64,000 bases of DNA from Paramecium tetraurelia (taxonomy: Eukaryota): assembly GCA_000165425.1 (NCBI GenBank), contig CT868318.1, positions 275,067 to 339,066 of the forward strand, read 5' to 3'. The notes under the pieces were generated by a model. That model was not told the DNA's origin. It made no database searches and saw nothing but the letters and a program-made list of their open reading frames with translations. Both the position numbers and the translations under genes were made by a program. Shown here piece by piece: positions 12,681-26,068 of the stretch. How positions within the stretch are numbered: position 1 is the first letter of the stretch; every line of letters starts with the position of its first letter.

Positions 12681-13969
12681 TCAAAGCCACTCTAATCTTT
12701 TATATTCACCTCCACCTAAATTTCCCATCAATGTCCATTTTTATTTTTAGTCGCTGAAAAATTAATATAATTGGATTTTAAGCATTTAGACATTCATTTA
12801 TATGTTTAAATAACTGTAAACAATCATTAAATCAACTCATAGATAACTAACTACAAATTTTCTATTTCTTAATTATTTGGATCTAGTTATTTAATAAAAT
12901 CACAAATTTGTAAAGCCTTCTCATATTATCCAAGGTTTTTTAATGCATATGCTATATTAGACCTATTCTATACCGCTTAAAATTAGAAATTAGAAATTTG
13001 TTTTGTCCTTCCTGAGAATTTCATCGCAAATTTTTAAAGTTTTTTTTGGATTTTTTCCAAGCTCATTAAATGCTAAATGATTATTATTATTCATACCTTT
13101 TTAAAACTACTTATTAGACTCATCTTCAGATAAAATTTGCCCTAAAATTGATTTATTCTCAAGTTAACCTCTTAAGCTTACTATATATTTTTAATCAATC
13201 ATTACATTAATATTATAACATTTATCTAATATTGGCTCCACTATCTTACAAATTCTATTGAAACTCTTGAATTCCACTTTACTTATTATTTATCAATTAC
13301 AAGAGAATGGCTAAATTAATATGAACCTTGTACCTTTCATTTAGAGAGCCTCTATGTGAGAGGAATTTAAGCGCAAAACATGGTCTACACATTCTAAGCT
13401 TTGCTGAAGCTATTTAAGCTTTTGATAGATTTTTGCTAAAATATTCAAAAAACTACCTTTTTTGAAATAATATTCTTGCAATTAATCATTAATTGTAGTG
13501 CATTTATCATAATATACTAATGCTTCTTTAAATTTTCCTGTATTTAGCATGATATCACCTAAACATCAACATAAAATATACCAATCTTTCCGTAAGCATA
13601 ATAATTAGTATCATCCATTTCTTTAGCGATCTCATAATTTTCAATTGCTTCTTCAAACTTCTTAAGTTCTAAATAGCTGTCGCCTTTTAATTGATCCAAA
13701 TTTTACCTTTCATTAAAGAATATCGAACATCTGTTATATGAAACTTTTAGTAGGCATTGCATTTTGAAATACAGTCTTCGTACCTTCCTGCCCAATATAG
13801 AGAATTTACTTAAATTTAATAATTTATTAAAAACCTTCCTCGAAATTCTTTTAAGATCTATTATTTAAGCCACCCATTGATTAAAGTCGGCTCTAAATAA
13901 ATTCATCAAAAGAAACTTTAACTCATAAAACGAAATACCTAAATTGTTAATTTTCCCTGTTTTATTCAT
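12681..13969 (-). CDS. TPR-repeat protein, intron-rich (3' end approximate)
   Basis: 34-aa repeats such as KGDSYLELKKFEEAIENYEIAKEMDDTNYYAYG and IGDIMLNTGKFKEALVYYDKCTTINDQLQEYYF. At least 9 introns of 21-26 nt. Confidence 0.8.
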
Positions 13970-14046
13970 TATGTATTCTAAATATGTTTTTAACCTTTCA
14001 AATTAGGGCTTAATAGATTAATCAATAATAGTTGTTATTAATTGAA

Positions 14047-17000
14047 TGTTGATCATGTTAGTGATGTTCTATTCGAATTGTTAAATGTTTATGCTTGATT
14101 ATTTATCAATTATAGGATAATATTATGTTTCATACCATTCCTTAAATGATTTAAGCACAGGAAATATCTCAAGAATTGATTCTAATTTTTTCGTATTTTC
14201 TAAATTCAATGAAATGAATGATTCAGACCATTAAGGATATTCTTTTAGTTTTTTGCATTCGTTTGTATGATCACAATGATATTAAAGTAAACAATCAACA
14301 CAGAATAAGCGAAAATTATTGCATTTTGGATAAGGGCAAAATCCTTATATTTATTCATTATTATGTAAACTATATCGGCAATTTAACAGAATATTGGAAT
14401 CCATTGAGATTGTGAAAACGTTTATAATATTTCAATATTAATAATATATCATTTTGTCAATTATTATAATTCATCATTAAATTATTCTATAAACTTTGGG
14501 ATGAGTATAAAACATTGGATTGAAATAATTTACAGAAAATATTTTAGAATAAATTGAACATAATTAAGATTTTTACGATAAATAGGAAATAATTAGTAAG
14601 AAATAAATACTTCAAATTTTACATAAATAATAAGTTTCAAAATACGAATAGAATCATAGAACAATTTTTCAAGTAACACATTTAACTCATCTAAAATAAA
14701 ACAAGTAATATGGATTAGAGTCAAGATTACTAAAGAGACATTTAAAAAATAAAATTTTTATTTGTTTAAATTTCCTAAACATCAAATAGGTTAAGATAAA
14801 GAATTTTAATCAATCAAATTAGAGGCTGAATAATATGTTTAATTTAGTTAATTTGATTTTTAAAGTTGGTTAAGTTTATATAATTTTTAGAAATAAGTAT
14901 CAATAAGTTAAGTTTTTAAACATAACTTAGAATATGAATAAAAATCAATAAAAATAGGAAAGTTTTTGTTGTTGAATAAGATTTGAAAATTGATGGCAAA
15001 AGGAAGCAATAATATTTAAACTTAGATTTATTGATAAAAGTATTTTAGTAGAAATCACTATCTCTAGAAGCCAAAATATTTTAGAAATACTACCTAGTTT
15101 AAAGCATATCTTTATTCAGAATTTTAATTTTATGAAGACTAGATTTGAATTAATATATAGAGAAATGTATAATAATTATAAAACTTTTAATAATTTAAGG
15201 AAGTTATAATCCTTGGCAAACATTGAACAATTGAAAATGAGAACGTCATCTTATATTTTTCATCCTTAAATTTGTATTTAAAGCAATTTATAATTACTTT
15301 TCCTATCAAAATGATATAAAGAGGTCTGAGTTTTTGATGACAGAATTGAGAATACTAGACATCATAGTATTCAATAAGTTTAGCTAATATAGTTAATTGT
15401 CTTTAAAGTTAGTAGCTAAGGAGTTTGAGTGAAATGATAATAATTTATAAGGTAAGTTGTCTTAAATCAAAAGATTTAAAGAGATATTTTAAATTCTATT
15501 AAATTTTAAATAATAATTATTATGTTGGTAGAACATGATTATTTATTTATTGTTGATTGAGCAGCTCTAATACTTAGAATGTAATAAGAAATTTAATAAA
15601 ATTATTTATTCTCTTTGGTATTGTTAAAATGAGGATATATTATAGAGGAATATGATTAAAGTCTAGATTTTATTCATTACTAAAGGAATGAATATTTATA
15701 TTGCCAAAAGATCTTTCTTTAATAATGAAATCACATGGAAATGCATATTCACAATTGATTACATACTTGTACGCTTATTTAGCCTTAAATTTACAAATAG
15801 AATAAGAGTTAGAATTGAGAATATCAGAAAATTCTATAAATTCTGTAAAACAAGAAAATGTAATGAATACCAGCAAATAATAGTCCATTATATATATTCA
15901 ATCCATTACATGAATGAAAAACCACGAAACCCTAAAAAACACCCAATTTGTGCGTTAATAAAAATAGTGTAAATAATTTAATTATCATCCTATAAACAAT
16001 AATTTAAATATCAATTTTTTTAAAGAGATTTGATGGAGATGCTGGAAATTCATTTTCTTCATAATCCTATGATCATAATATTGAAACTAAAATATTGAGT
16101 AAAAATAAGAATGACCCAATTTTTAAATGAATAATTTGAATTCTAATATACCTCAATCATCATATAGCAAATTTTGGTTGTTTATCAATTAGATTTAGTG
16201 ATGGAAGTGATTAAATAGAATATATTAAGGTCTTTACTAGTATTAAAAGAGTTGATGCCATTGAAGTTGGTATTGTCTAATTGTAATAAACAATTGTATA
16301 TTTGTAATAAACAACAATTAGAAATTAATTTGATTCTGTTTAAATCCAGTTTATATATCTTTCATATAGCTTATTGTCAACAAATTTCTAGATCGCTTGA
16401 AGTATGTCGTTATAAATGATTTAGATCAATGTTTTCAAATATTAAAGAATTTTGAGATTTATGATTCTTAAACACTCCTTTAATTTGAATACACAGCTTA
16501 AATAGACTAGCTGAATGGTTTCAAGAGGGTATTTTAGTAATGAATGACTGCCATATACTTTAATTCATGAGATATCAAATTCGAAGGAGTAACTCAGTTA
16601 TTGATATATTTGCAATCATCATTAATGGATTTATAGTTCCTTCATAACGAACATATAATTTATTTAAATAGTTTCATATCTTTGTATAAAGAATAAGACT
16701 AATGATGTATCATGAATAATGAAAAAGATGCTCTATGCAATTCTCATCTCAAAGTCCAAACTTATCAAAATTTTAATTGAAGGATTAATGATTTATTGGC
16801 CATTCCTAACTAAGGATATCAAGTCCTTTAGTTCTTTAATGATTAATTGGAAATCTTGTCAACTTGTGAAATTCAAAATTGGAAATCCTAATTCCAAAAT
16901 TATGTTAACGTTAAATTAATTAGCACAACCTAGTTAATCGCCGGTAGTAGGGTTATGTGCTTATTTGTGAATGATTTATTTTAAGTGCTTGTAGCTCATT

Positions 17001-19864
17001 CAAAGTCGATTATTATATAGTTCTATAAGAGCTTCTGTTTCTTTGAAAATTATTCTTAAGGAGATAGGTTACCAAGCAGTTTGATACAGTCTTAACTGAC
17101 AAGGACTTCATGTACTTCTAAATCACTTAAATTCAAAAAAATAAAAAGAAAATCAAAAGATGTAATTATCTATATAAAGTTAGTTTTTAACTTACCAAAT
17201 AACTATGACAGAAAAAGTCCAAATTTCAAAAAGCTACATGATCCTGATCTAGAGGCTTTCAGAATTGGACAATATAATGGTTTTAATACTTATATTATGG
17301 CCATTTAAGATCCATAAAACATATTATTCATAATATTTAAAATAATTTTAAATAATGGAGGTTTGGTGTTAGAACTATTGACCTTTTTCTAAATTAAATT
17401 ATATTTTCCCAACAAAGACTGAATATTTTCATACTTATTTTATCAATGACTAATTTACATAAAAAGTATCTAATCAAAGTTTAAAATGGATTCAAACCTA
17501 ATAGTCTATTATTAATTAAATAAATAAAATTTGTTAAAGTGTAAATAATCGAATGGAAAGCAATAAATTATAGGAACTATAGACATCATATATGTAGATG
17601 GAAAGAAGGCTACAACGATTAAAGCTAGGAAAAAAGTATAGGACATAGATCCAGAGGGATTATTCTTCATTTTTTGAGCCTGATGGGAAACCTTTGCTTT
17701 AAATAAAGCCATTCATATTATACAAATAGGAAGGAGATATTGATTAATCTTTTAAGTAGTAGTATGAATTATTGTGCTAATTATACTAATCAACAAAACT
17801 ATTGTAGGTTGACTTCAAGGAAGTAGCAACTAAATTGAGAACTAAATTAGAAGGTAAGCCTAACCTAAATAATACTAATACATAATGTAATAACATAGAA
17901 TTAAAAAGTAAAAAAATCGGAAAATCTACTTTATTGAATTCCCGTTTCTGTAAATTTAAATTATTTATGAAAAATAATAGATTGAGGTAGACATAAATTC
18001 TAATCGAAAAACTTGCTTAGATTTCAAATTAAATGCTTTCATTATAAACAAAATTTGTAGAATTAAATTTTGAAAACCAAAAATCAATAGAAATAAAAAT
18101 ATTTATTAACACTGATCTTATGTTAAATATTACCAACGAAGAGGATCACAAAAATGATAAAATCTAAGTCAAAATGGAGAATTCAGATTCTAAAATAGAA
18201 GAAACAAGGATTTTGAATCATTCATGTTTCTTTAAAAATGAGTAAATCATTTTGAATTAAAGAAAATCCCTAACATACATTAATGAAAATTTAGAATAAA
18301 AGCCTCCTTTAATCAATAGGTCAAAAAAAATTAGTTTTAAGGAACTAGTATAAAAAATTGATCTAGAAAATAAACTAAATGAGAAAAAATAATCAAATAT
18401 GTAAAAATTAGGGTCAGAAATTAAAAATCAAGAGTAAAAATTAAATAACTACACATAAATAAAATAGGAAGAGGTCATTATAAATAATCAAGATTATCTG
18501 ATACAAAACGAAGAGCAATAAAAAAAAGAAAAATAAGTAATATAAAAAATTTAGTCATTTTATCCTTAAGATCAATAGGAAGTGGAAACTCCTGATAAAA
18601 TACAAGGAATTACAAATAAAGCATCAGGTATTGAAAATACTAGAATGGATTATGACAGCATAAGTAAAGAAAAAAAATCAACAATAATAAATATAGACTT
18701 TTAAGATAATACGTTTGATGAACAAGATAGTTGTCAAATTATCTTTATAAATTAACCAAATTAATAAGACAATCAGAATGAATTCAACTCTAAAAGAACT
18801 GGCTAAAAAGATGTGGTAAATAATTAAGACCAATAAGATGTTCTAGAAAAATAAAGGCTATTAAGAGACGAAGAAAATTCAAATAGATTACGGATTAAGA
18901 TGAGATTTTTACTCTTTAGAAAATACATTAATTTTATAAAGAAAACCTCTAAAGCGTCTTACGATAGAGATATAAATTTAAGAAACAATAACGATAATTA
19001 GAATGCTAATAATAAAGGGACATAAGAGAACAAAAATTAAGAGATTTAACTCAATTAAAGGTTTAGGAGAGAAAAAGATAGCGAGAAATAAAAAGGAAAA
19101 TCAAATTAGAGAAAGAATTAGAGGAGAGAAAATCTAAATAAAAAGAGAAAGATAGGATAAATGAAATGAAGAAATAGTAATTAGAAAATAAAATATAAAA
19201 AGAGTAGTTAAAATAAAAGCATATCTAATTTTTCAAGGAGCGCAATAGAAAAGAAAGAAATACTTCTAAAAATAGATCTTTCAGTTCATAATCATGTATA
19301 GAATAATTCCAAAAATTTCCTTCAAACCTCAGAGATGAAAATAGTTAAGTAAATAATTACAAAAAGGAAGAATAATATTTAGATCCTTAACTCTGTGCCA
19401 ATTAACATTTCTGTATTTCTGAATAATAATAATCACAGTAAAATATAAAAGAAGATAATAAATGTTAAACAGGATAATAAAAATAATAAATAGAGGACTC
19501 AAATTTAACTCCTTACTAATATCACCCTTAATTTGCTTAATATTATCCTTTTAATATTTTAAACTATGGCTAATAAGATTAATTTTCATAATTTTAATTC
19601 CCTTTTGCTCAGCAACCTTATTCTTCTTTCATAGGAAATCCTTTCTTCTAATATTAATGTAAGCCTATAAATTTGATTGAACAATAATCCACACCATATA
19701 AAATTGATGGATAGCATAATGTAAATACAGCTCAGTTGCAATTAGAAATGATTAATTTCTTGAAAATTGGTTTAGAACATCTGAATCCTACTTAATTTTT
19801 TTAATTCTCACCTTAGACTTTTTTACCTACTGAAAACTCAAAGGGATAATATAAGATTGAATGA
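14047..19864 (+). pseudogene. Large decayed coding region(s) of unknown family with a Q/N/K-rich C-terminal part; 5' boundary approximate
   Basis: Long protein-like stretches in code 6 are interrupted by same-frame TGAs (16778, 17420, 17447) and by frameshifts (T-run ~17670-17675; ~19058). The final TGA is at 19862-19864. Confidence 0.55.
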
Positions 19865-21370
19865 GAATATCATTTAAAAACATTATTATTATTATTTGAA
19901 ATAATGCTGCTTCAAATTAAATTTCTTTTTATCATAGAAAATTTTATTTTCATATCTGATTATTTTCTCCATATCTTTATTAAAGTAAAAAGTGGATTAA
20001 CAGAAACTAAAGATTCATTTACCAAAATTAGACAATAATTTATAAAATAACCTCTGATTTAGATATAATATAATTTATCTAAGTGCAAATTTAAATATTA
20101 TTTTTGATTTGATTTATATGATTAGATAGGCTACTAATTTGATTTTGGAGTTTTGTAAATGTAACCAATTTATGAAGATTATCATCTAAACTTTTTGGAG
20201 AATTTCTTAATCCATTGTCTTTTATTTATCAATAATTAAAATAACATTAAAAGAAATTTATAGTAAAATAAAATTGTAAATGAGCCTACAATTTAATTAT
20301 CTTGTTACAATATTTTTTAAATTAGACTAAATACTTTTTTAGGGTTTTGGAAAATTGTAAGAGAAAAATCTTAAATATAGGCCTAAAAAGGCTCAGTTAG
20401 AATGATAAGTTATATAAATAAGAAAATAAATAAAGAGTATTTGAATAAAATGTTATTAACAATAAGATATTTCAAAAATTTTAAATTAAATTATCGATAT
20501 GATAATATGGCTTTTTTTTTAAGCAATTGTAAAGCTAAAATAAAATAGTGGTTTAGAAACTCAAAATATCTTCAATCTTATTGGCTATATTTTTTTACTC
20601 ATATTATTAAGATCAATTTGTTTTGAGCCTGGAAATTATTTAGCATTAATTAGATATTAGATGTAATGTATAAATTATTATGATTTTCGATACTTTAATT
20701 TATTTGTAAAGCTTTTTCAAATTGTATTCTTTCACTCTCAAGCATAATTCATTTTTTTAGAGTTTCCTTCTTAACTTAAGATGAGATTATCAAAAAATTC
20801 ATTAATTATTTGACTTGTGTTGAATATCCTATTTTAAAATCAGTTTAATATTTCTCTTAAAAAATCTATTAAGCCCTCCTTAACTTAATAATTTTGTAAA
20901 TCGATCTATACTAATATAATGCATACTTTTCTTTAATTTTTATCTGTATATGTGGTTTCTAAAAATATTGATTCCTTATTTTAAAAGAGTTTTCAATTTT
21001 TTTCTAGTATTTTTGCAGTCTTCAGAGAATAGTAATACTTTATAAATAAAACTATTAAATAAAATGCAAATACTCTTTTTGATGATTTAAGATTACGATT
21101 ATTTTAAATAATAAAATATTTAGATTTCAATGAGATAATTTTACTTTGAATCAATAAATTTATACTAACATTAGAATAAGACAAATGATAAAATTTATCA
21201 TCTTTATTTATAAATTGACAAGTACGAATCAATAACTTTATAGATTTTATCATTGATTAAAACTTGAGAAATAATTAATTAAATAAATTTATATTATAAA
21301 CTTAACTATTATTAGTAAATTTTATCAATGAAATGCGTAATGAAAATCAAAAATATCTTAATTTTAATTA

Positions 21371-22294
21371 ATGAAAAATATCCAATTGGTATTATTAATT
21401 GCCTTTTTTGGGCTTGCTTCTGCAGATATTATCATCAATAAATCAAAAAGATGCGAGTGTTCGTCATTTATCAAATCAGAGTGTGATAAATGGTATGATT
21501 GCAAATGGAATGAATCCTCTTGCCTAAAAAAAGAATGCAGTGATTACGCAACAGAAGACAAATGCACTGGAGATTGCTAATGGAAAGGTGGAAAGTGTAT
21601 TGATGTGAAGAAAGAGTGTGAAAACATGCCAACTGAAGAAAGCTGTTCAAACATGGCTGGATGTGGTTGGAAAGATAACAAATGCATTGAATTTACTTAA
21701 TGTTCAGATTTCATTGTAACAAAGGCAGAAAGATGCTCTGTCTTGTAGGGTGAAAATGGAGAGAGATGTTAAGCTAAAGGAGTTAGTGTGACCACTTTAT
21801 TCTACAAGCATTTAGCTGTTGCTGCTGGATTTTAATGTGAAAACAAGGTGTATGTTGATTGTTCTAAATTTGTTACTGAAGCAACATGCAAAGGAGTTGC
21901 AACTGCAACTGCCAAATGCTAATGGAAAAGCGATGGTAAATGTTATGCATTTGAATTGAAAACATGCAGAGATGCTGATGGATTTAATCAAATGTGTGAT
22001 CCAAAATATTGTAAGAAAGATGGATAAATATGTGTGAATAAAGCATGTTCTGATATTACTATTTAAGCCTAATGTATGTCTCTACCAAAGATTGACAGCA
22101 GTAAATCCACCTTATGCAAATGGGGTGCTGATAATAAATGTGCAATTGCAACAGACGCTACTCATTTGAATGAACAAACATGCAATGATGTAACCTTCGG
22201 TTCTTATCATTGGGTCACAGATACTTGTCAATAATGTTCTTCCAATTGGATTCTATCAATTATGTCATTAATTATCTTGGTTGTCCTTATTTGA
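21371..22294 (+). CDS. Cys-rich surface protein ('mini-antigen' type), signal peptide plus probable GPI tail
   Basis: Intronless, 307 aa. Signal MKNIQLVLLIAFFGLASA, then CEC and repeated CxW...C units, TFGSYHW...CQQC and a hydrophobic C-terminus WILSIMSLIILVVLI. Confidence 0.9.
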
Positions 22295-22496
22295 ATGATT
22301 ATTCATTATTAATAGAAAATAAAAGATATAAATTTATTACCAATTTATATTTATATATAAAATTTTTTATTTTTTTGTAGTTATTTATAAAAAATATTAG
22401 TTTTTTTATAATTATTCAATTTTATTAAAATTGGTAAGATATTTAACATATTTTTATAAAATTATTAATTAATATAATATATAAACAATTAATTTT

Positions 22497-23108
22497 ATGA
22501 GATTTGCATCGTCAATTAATAAATACATTTTTATAAAAAAATCCTTCCATTTTAATTAGAATTAGTGTCTGTAAAGAAGTGTATCAATCGAGTTCTATTT
22601 GGGAGACTATCGCTGGAGCTCCAGGATTTGTAGCTGGAATGCATAGACATTTAAGATCATTGAGAAGAATGAAAATAGATCAAGGATGGATTCATACCTT
22701 ATTAGAAGAAGCAGAAAATGAAAGGATTCATCTTTTGACTTTTTTAAAGATTAAAAAAACCCTCATTATTATTTAGAACTGGGGTAGTTTTAGCTATTTG
22801 GTGATACCTATAAGTTCTGTCCTAAAGTCTGTCATAGGATTGTTGGATACTTGGAAGATGTGGCAGTTAAAACCTATAATCATATGATTCATTAAATATA
22901 AAGAGATGGTAGTCCACCAATTCATTAATGGACTCTTCGCAAGGCCAATCACCATTCTATTGAATATTGGGGATTAGAAGATGATGCCACTCTATTTGAT
23001 GTCGTTAAAGGAATAAGAAAGGATGAAGAACATCATAAAGATATAAATCATTTCTTTGCTGATGACTACACCTAATTCAAATAAAATTCCTTTCCTCCTG
23101 GCAAATGA
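22497..23108 (+). pseudogene. AOX: Alternative oxidase pseudogene
   Basis: Motifs [54 protein letters not shown] and [13 protein letters not shown]. Lesions: frameshifts near 22601 and 22753-22759, TGA at 22802, a shortened N-terminus and an internal deletion. Confidence 0.88.
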
Positions 23109-23682
23109 TTAGTTTTATATAATAATAATTTTATATGATGTTTTTCATTTGTGAAATGTTAATACAGCAAATTCTTAATAAATTTCGATTAATAAAAAAA
23201 GTCTCCACTATTTTAATTAGAATATTATTACTATCATTTTAAACTATTTAAATTGAGTTTAATTTCATAGGATCTCTTGAAATTTTATACTATAAGAATA
23301 TATTTAATAAATAAGATTCTTAGAAAACATTTAATGTAATAGTTAGGTTTTAGAATTGTTAACTAATTAAAATACCGACAATATAATTTTATTATTGATA
23401 TAGCCATATTAAATAACTATACATGAATAATATATAATTGCATATATTAAATTATTAGTTAATTAATTAGATTTCAACTGTTGACTTGATAATCAATCCA
23501 TAATCTCGTGACATTATCATACATATTTACAATTTTTATGAAGCAACAGGAATATTCATTATTTTTAATATTTTTATCTATTTCCAAGACATTAATACCC
23601 TAAGTATAGTATATTAAGATCAAAATAAAAGTTAATAAATAAAAACGCTTTAGAAATAGTAACAATATATAAGAATGATTGA

Positions 23683-24971
23683 ATGATTTTATAAAATTCT
23701 GGATAGGGAATAATTATTTTTATATATATAAAATATCCCAGGTTTAGTTAATTGGGAGGCTGCGAGGTTTAAATTTAGAAGGATCTAGTGATTGATTCAT
23801 TGTATATTTAGAAAAGAATATTTATAAGAAATGGACACTAACTCAATTTTGAATTAATATCAGTAGTTGGTTAAGGTGGATTCGGTAAAGTCTATAAAGC
23901 AAGACTAATAAAAACACGTAATTTAGTTGTAGCACTAAAAGTTATGTCAAAAGTTAGGTAATTAGTTAAATATATAAGAAGAGTAATACAGAAAAAGAGT
24001 GTGAGTTCAGTTATGAATGAGTTATAGATTTTATCAACCCTCAGACATGAGTAATTATACTTAGATAATTCTAGATTTATCATTAATATAATCAGCGCCT
24101 TTTAAGATCGTTGTTCCTTGTATTTAGCTATGGATTTCTTGGCTGGAGGAGATTTAAGGTTTCACTTATGCAAATTTCGAAAATTCTCTGAGACAATTAC
24201 AAAGCATATTGCTATTTGCATAATTATTGGATTAGACTACATACATTCCAATGGAATAATACATAGAGATATCAAACCTGAAAACTTAGTATTTGATAGC
24301 TAAGGTTATTTAAGAATTACAGATTTTGGTATTGCCAGAATATGGAAACCATAAAATAGTCATGAAACAAGTGGCACTCCTGGGTACATGGCTCCAGAAG
24401 TAATGTGTAGATAAAACCATGGAGTTGCTGTAGATTACTTTGCATTGGGCATAATAATTCATGAGTGTATTGTACATTATTGTTTTTATTTAGCTGGGAA
24501 AACGACCTTATACTGGAAAGAGTAGACAAGAAATTCGAGATTAAATTATAGCCAAATAAGCTGCAATTACTGAAGTTCCTTAAGGTTGGAGTGCTGAGGC
24601 AATTAATTTTGCTAATGCTTTAATGCAGAGGAAGCCACAATCCAGATTGGGATGCAATGGACCAGAAGAAGTGAAGAATCATCCATGGTTCAAAGATATC
24701 AAGTGGATGGAATATGAAAAGAAACATATAAGTTCTCCTTTTATTCCTGATGAAAAACTGGAGAATTATCTAAAATCCAATCAACTTGAGTCTCTTGAAG
24801 ATTAATCAATTCTCCATTCTGAACAAGTGTAATGTAATTATGTCAAAAATCATAGAATAATTTTTTGGGTATGAACATTTGCATCAACTCAATGGAATAC
24901 CTCCATGTGTATCACAAATAGTTTCTCCAAGAACTCCAAACTTAAGGATGTAGCTTAAGAAAGAGTCATGA
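23683..24971 (+). CDS. AGC-group Ser/Thr protein kinase (start uncertain: ATG 23683 or a mutated start at 23752)
   Basis: [59 protein letters not shown] and [20 protein letters not shown] at 24969-24971. Confidence 0.92.
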
Positions 24972-25471
24972 TTTTAATCTAATTATACACCACTATCTAT
25001 TTAGTAACATAATTTTACTTAGTTTCAGAATTATTAATTATCAAAGAATTTTAATTAATTTAAATTGTAGAGAAATAATATATATAAAATCAAATTGAAC
25101 GATATTTTACTTCAGTCTTCTTATATTTGATTAACATCTGGTTAAATTTCAACTGATTATAAAATCCATGATAATGAATGCAGTCTTTCTTATGAAATCA
25201 CAATTTTTTTGAATTAAAAATTCGGTACTATTTGACCACATATTTGGGATAAGAGCATTGTTTTCGATTCAACAAAGTGATGGAAATGATATTTCAACTC
25301 CTAAATTGAATAAGAAATGGATTTTAATAAAATTTTTTTCTTAATCGTATATAACATATCGATAATGCAAACTATTCTGAATGCGTTTCTTTACCTCTTT
25401 TTATATAGTATAAATAATTCAGTCATATTAATTGAATCAACACGTGAATAAAACATATAAAAACTTATATA

Positions 25472-26068
25472 TCATCTAAAATGATTGTCTACTCGAGTAA
25501 TTAAGCTAAGCATGATGTCTGTTACTTCCGGGTAGAAATTCATGTCTTCCAAAAAATTTTTTATTTCGTCACTTTGACTTTAACACAGAATGCTATCCTC
25601 TACAACGTAATTCAGATGTTGATAGTTACTATAAAATAAACAAGATGTATACCTTCCAAGGATTAAGTCCCAATTATATCGTAAAAACTTATAATACCTA
25701 TTTTTTACAGCATTTTAACTTCTATCCAAAAAAAACTAAGAAATTATTTAAAACCTTGGGCCATGTTCAATTACGAGATTTAAGATTTTTTCATCTTCTT
25801 CGAAAGTAAATGGAGTGTGTTTTTCGAAGACGAGATTTTTTCTGTTCATTTTTTTTCTTTTCTTTGTATGAAAATCACATTTTTTTCTCTTTGTGATTCT
25901 TTTTTTACTTTTTGGAAGACTATCTAGAACTTAATCCAAACTATCTGTTTAAGAAGGTAGTGGCCCATCTAAATACATGAGAATCGGAGGATTTTCATTG
26001 GATGTTTCATCAAATTCCTTCGATAATAGAGAATATGAAATTTCATCGAAAGATTTTGTTTTTTACAT
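25472..26068 (-). CDS. Single-repeat Myb/SANT DNA-binding protein
   Basis: PFTFEEDEKILNLVIEHGPRFQIISQFFLDRSQNAVKNRYYKFLRYNWDLILG, preceded by a basic NLS-like stretch. One intron follows the domain. Confidence 0.85.

Noticed and set aside
16778..17449. In-frame TGAs as selenocysteine or read-through
   Set aside because: They are accompanied by frameshifts, have no redox-motif context and no visible SECIS. Decay is the simpler explanation.
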